A DNA stretch of 36,429 bases from assembly GCF_001186125.1 (NCBI RefSeq), contig NW_014040422.1, positions 17,862 through 54,290 on the forward strand. The letters are read 5' to 3'. Every line of letters begins with the position of its first letter. Position 1 is the stretch's first letter. The position numbers and the translations under genes are program-made. Positions 32,890 through 36,429 of the stretch are shown in pieces. This stretch comes from Sphaeroforma arctica JP610 (lineage: Eukaryota). Under the pieces are notes generated by a model. That model saw nothing but the letters and a program-made list of their open reading frames with translations. It made no database searches and was not told where the DNA came from.

Positions 32890-35800
32890 TAAGCGTTCTC
32901 GGTTACCCTGTGAGTTTTGGGTTTAGGTCCAGTAGGTCCGTGGTGGTCGACTGGACGTTTCTTACGCTTCAATGGTTTTGGAACATACGGATGAGCAGTA
33001 AAGTTCGGGATAAATGCTGTTAAGTTTTAATTTCCGTGCCTTCAGACGATGGGAACATGCTATCTTTTTCAGCATGTGACTTATGTAGGCGTTTACGCCA
33101 TTTTCTGTTAAATGCCTTTAAATAGTCCTGATTGTCAAAAGCGTCTGAAGTTAACTCAGCGATTGTACCGTCTATAAAGCGTGTACGATAGTATCCGTTC
33201 TCCATATAATATCTTTGAATTCGGAGCGGCCAAGAGGTGCAGTAGAATCATGTCTTCTTGCGAGAATAATCTCAGTAGTCGGAACCCGACTAGTGCATAT
33301 ATTTAAAGCACTAGAACCGTCGGGGTTATTATCCCCACAGGTTCCACTTTTTATGTCGGCTACAGAGATTATATATGGTCCTATCCATTTCGATGTTAGT
33401 ACAGTAGCATCGGAATTACGTTGACGGATGTCAACTCTGTCTCCAACCTGATACTCTGCTATCTTTTTGGTAGCATTCCATCTATTTTGCCTTTTTAATA
33501 AGGCTACATTACGTGTCTATCGCAAGCAAGGATATACAACGTTGTGTATGCGTTGTACCTTCTCTAACCATAGTAACTCATGGTGATCAGGTTCGTCCTT
33601 GTTGAAGGGTATTTGCAACTCGCTATATCTCACTATATCTGCCACGAAAATAGTGAGCGGGTGTTGTTCCTGTAACCGGATCAGCGCACTCGTTCATCCG
33701 TGTTTGTACCCACTTAATGTGGTACGGCCAATCATCTGCATCATTCGTTAATGCAGTACGTAAAAAGATCTTAAGTCTACTGTGGCGCGTTTCATTTGCG
33801 CCTTGTGTTTGCGGTTTATAGTACACACCTTTTATGGCACATGCCTGATACGAGTACTAACGATTCCATTACGTTATCGCAGAACTCGCTACCGTTACCA
33901 GTGCACATTATACCTGGTCACCCGTGGTCAGCAAAGACTTGGCAACATAATTATGCCACGGTCTGCGTACTCTTGATCCAGGTCAACCAGATCAATGATG
34001 ACCCTGCGCCATGGAACATCTTCAGTCACACTCTTAAGCGGTGCGAACCCATAGCGCTTGATCTGATTGAGATCACAGTCTGTATATGACTGATATACTC
34101 TGTCAACTAAAGTTGCTCTACTACGTTCTGGTGCTTCAGCTTATGGTTTTGCGTCAGCCAAGCAAGAATGTTGTCATCATTCTGCTCCTCCAGAATAAAG
34201 GTAGGGTGTTGAGAATCCACTTGCGTGGTCTCTAAGTCTGTAGTGTTTCCAGACTCCTGTCCTTCTTTCGCATGAGTGTCATGAGTGCGCTCGTGTGCGT
34301 TTGATACACCTGACTTATTTAATAGTCGCATTATATGTGTATATGCTTCGGGATTTTCTTTCATAAATCCCTTTAAAAATAGGGTTTGAAAGACTTCGGG
34401 CTTGGACTTTATGTTATTAAAACAGAGTCCTAGCTAGAGACTAACGCGTCGTAACTATAGTGTTAATAGTAGATTGTATTTCATGTGCACAGACTTCAAG
34501 TGCTGTGTTGCCTTTGAACTGCTTAACGTTCAATCTATTGGAGAGTGTAATCTCCGATTCTTTGACCTTGTTAAGAAAAGGTCTCAGAAGGGGNNNNNNN
34601 NNNNNNNNNNNNNCTTTACTTCGTAACGGGCAACACAACGTGATGTTAGCTTTGTGTATATGAACATAATTTTGTAATTGGGCAATTAACTGCTGTTGTG
34701 GATTAGCCCACGCATTATGTTTGTAGAGGTCTAGTTGAAAGGCATCTCCTAAAGAATGATTCAAAGTCCTGTAATTCTTAAGTTGTGCATTATGATGTGC
34801 AGCAAACATGTCAACTGTATGTGGCCCAAAAATCTTTTGAGCCAGTTCAAACCACCTGTGGTTACATTTCCAATCAGTGGCTAGTAACTCACGTACGGAT
34901 TTATTAAAGTCCGGTACGAAGCGTGATAACATATCCGGTAAATGGTTATGTATCCCTGGTAGATGTTCGATATCGAAATAAAACTTTGATGTCGTATCAT
35001 GTCATCGGCTCAGTAATTGATACCGTATAGGTAATCGCGGAAGTGTATTAAAGCTGCTACTATGGCTAGTAGCTCTTGCTTCACAGTTGGATAATTCAAT
35101 TGTGATGCATTCATTGCTTGGCTAAAGAATTGTATATGCCTAGGATTATTATCTATAACCTGGTATAGTACACATCCGAGTGCTAAGTCTGATGCGTCCG
35201 TTGCTATTTCAAAATGCACGCCATCGACTGGTCCTTGTACAACAGGGGCTTGTTAGACTGCGTGCTTAAGCGCTTTAAATGCGTCATCACACTCTTTAGT
35301 CCACAAGTCTCCTAGTTTACCTTTATGACATGTTAAGTGTCCAAAGGGTTTAAGATAATCAGCCAAGTAAGGTACTCCATCTGAAAAGAAGTTTACAAAC
35401 CCACACATGCTGTTCACATCTCTTCCTGTAATTTGTTCGCCAATATAACAGGTGTTCCACCTTACCGGGGCCGATTTTAATACCTTCCCCAGATATACGA
35501 TAGCCCAAGAGCTGTATTTCGCTCATGGCGAAGTGACATTTCTTCTCGTTAATCTTGAAATTTTGTTCGTTGAGTATCTGAAGGACTCGCCTGACCAATG
35601 CGGCATGTTCGCCCTTAGTCTTACAAAAGATGACTATTTAGGGTTTTTAGGGTTTAAGGGTTCAAACATTTCCTCCATTACTTGTTGGAAGAATGCTGGT
35701 AAAGAGTGCAACCCGAAAGATGCACCTCTAAACCTGTATTGTTTACATTTCCAGGTAAAACTAAAGTACTTACGATGGGGTTCATAAATTTGCATTTGAA

Positions 35801-36429
35801 GATACCCCTGTGTTATGTCTATGGATGTAAATACCGTAGCACCTTCCATTCGTCTCAGTAACTCGTTTATACGAGGGAGATTGAAACTATAAGTCAGCAA
35901 TAATTTATTTACTGGACTCATATCTAGACATACTCTGACTTTCTTAAATGTTCCGTCAGAGTTGTGTTGATCAACTGCCAATAATGCTAAGTTAACTGGC
36001 GTTTGTTGGTATTTGATTTCGATTACCCCATCGGATAACCATTTCTCGACTTGTTCTTTAACAACAGCTTCATGTCTCCAAGAAACATAGTTTCTTGAAG
36101 GACATTTGAACTTAGTAAAGTCTACCTTGGTTAAGTCAAGGCTGACGTATCCGTCCTTGAAGCGGAATTTCGCCCAGTCGGTTATTTTTATCTTCATATT
36201 TACTAATATAAGATCCATTATCTGATCGACAAAGCCAGGAATTAATTCCTTGACTGTGTCCGATGGTGGTGTATATGGTTTTAGACAATTATCGTCTGAC
36301 TGATTCTTTAATGGATCTAAGTTGTTGGGTAAGCCTGTTACGGTTATCCTTAACGTGAGCAAATCGCTCATTCCGACTATATTGTCGTACTTCTGTGACA
36401 TCTTAACTATCACAGCTTGTAGTAAAAGT
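32890..36429 (-). mobile_element. Divergent Gypsy (family 3) pol: RT, RNase H, Dam-like domain, integrase, probable degenerate chromodomain; runs off the window
   Basis: RVCLDMSPVN, IDITQGY, ASFGL, IATDASDLALG, KQELLAIV, PDMLSR, DMFAAHHNAQL, QGANETRH, GPYII. Confidence 0.9.
34615..34885 (-). pseudogene. Dam-like methyltransferase domain of family 3
   Basis: DWKCNHRWF...FGPHTVDMFAAHHNAQL...DAFQLDL...WANPQ...ITLCCP. Confidence 0.8.

Overview
Eukaryotic, repeat-rich scaffold segment with several N gaps. It carries one host gene, a spliced amino-acid transporter (Aa_trans/SLC38-AVT-like) on the minus strand at about 3.2-7.4 kb. From 8.3 kb onward it is a nest of decayed LTR retrotransposons: a Copia element with both LTRs and a GAGAA target-site duplication, a near-complete chromodomain-bearing Ty3/Gypsy element, sister-family fragments, and a divergent Gypsy pol. 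The main signal is a DIRS/phage-type N6-adenine DNA methyltransferase (Dam-like; DxFA and NPPW motifs) embedded in the polyproteins. In the Gypsy lineages it sits between RNase H and integrase. In the Copia element a truncated copy sits at a different position, just after the His-His half of the integrase zinc finger. Other oddities are short T3-5AG3 telomere-type tracts at lesions and junctions, an accessory ORF upstream of gag with a conserved DSG(Y/F)xS motif, and a covarying LTR hairpin. All calls come from reading motifs by eye; no database searches were run.
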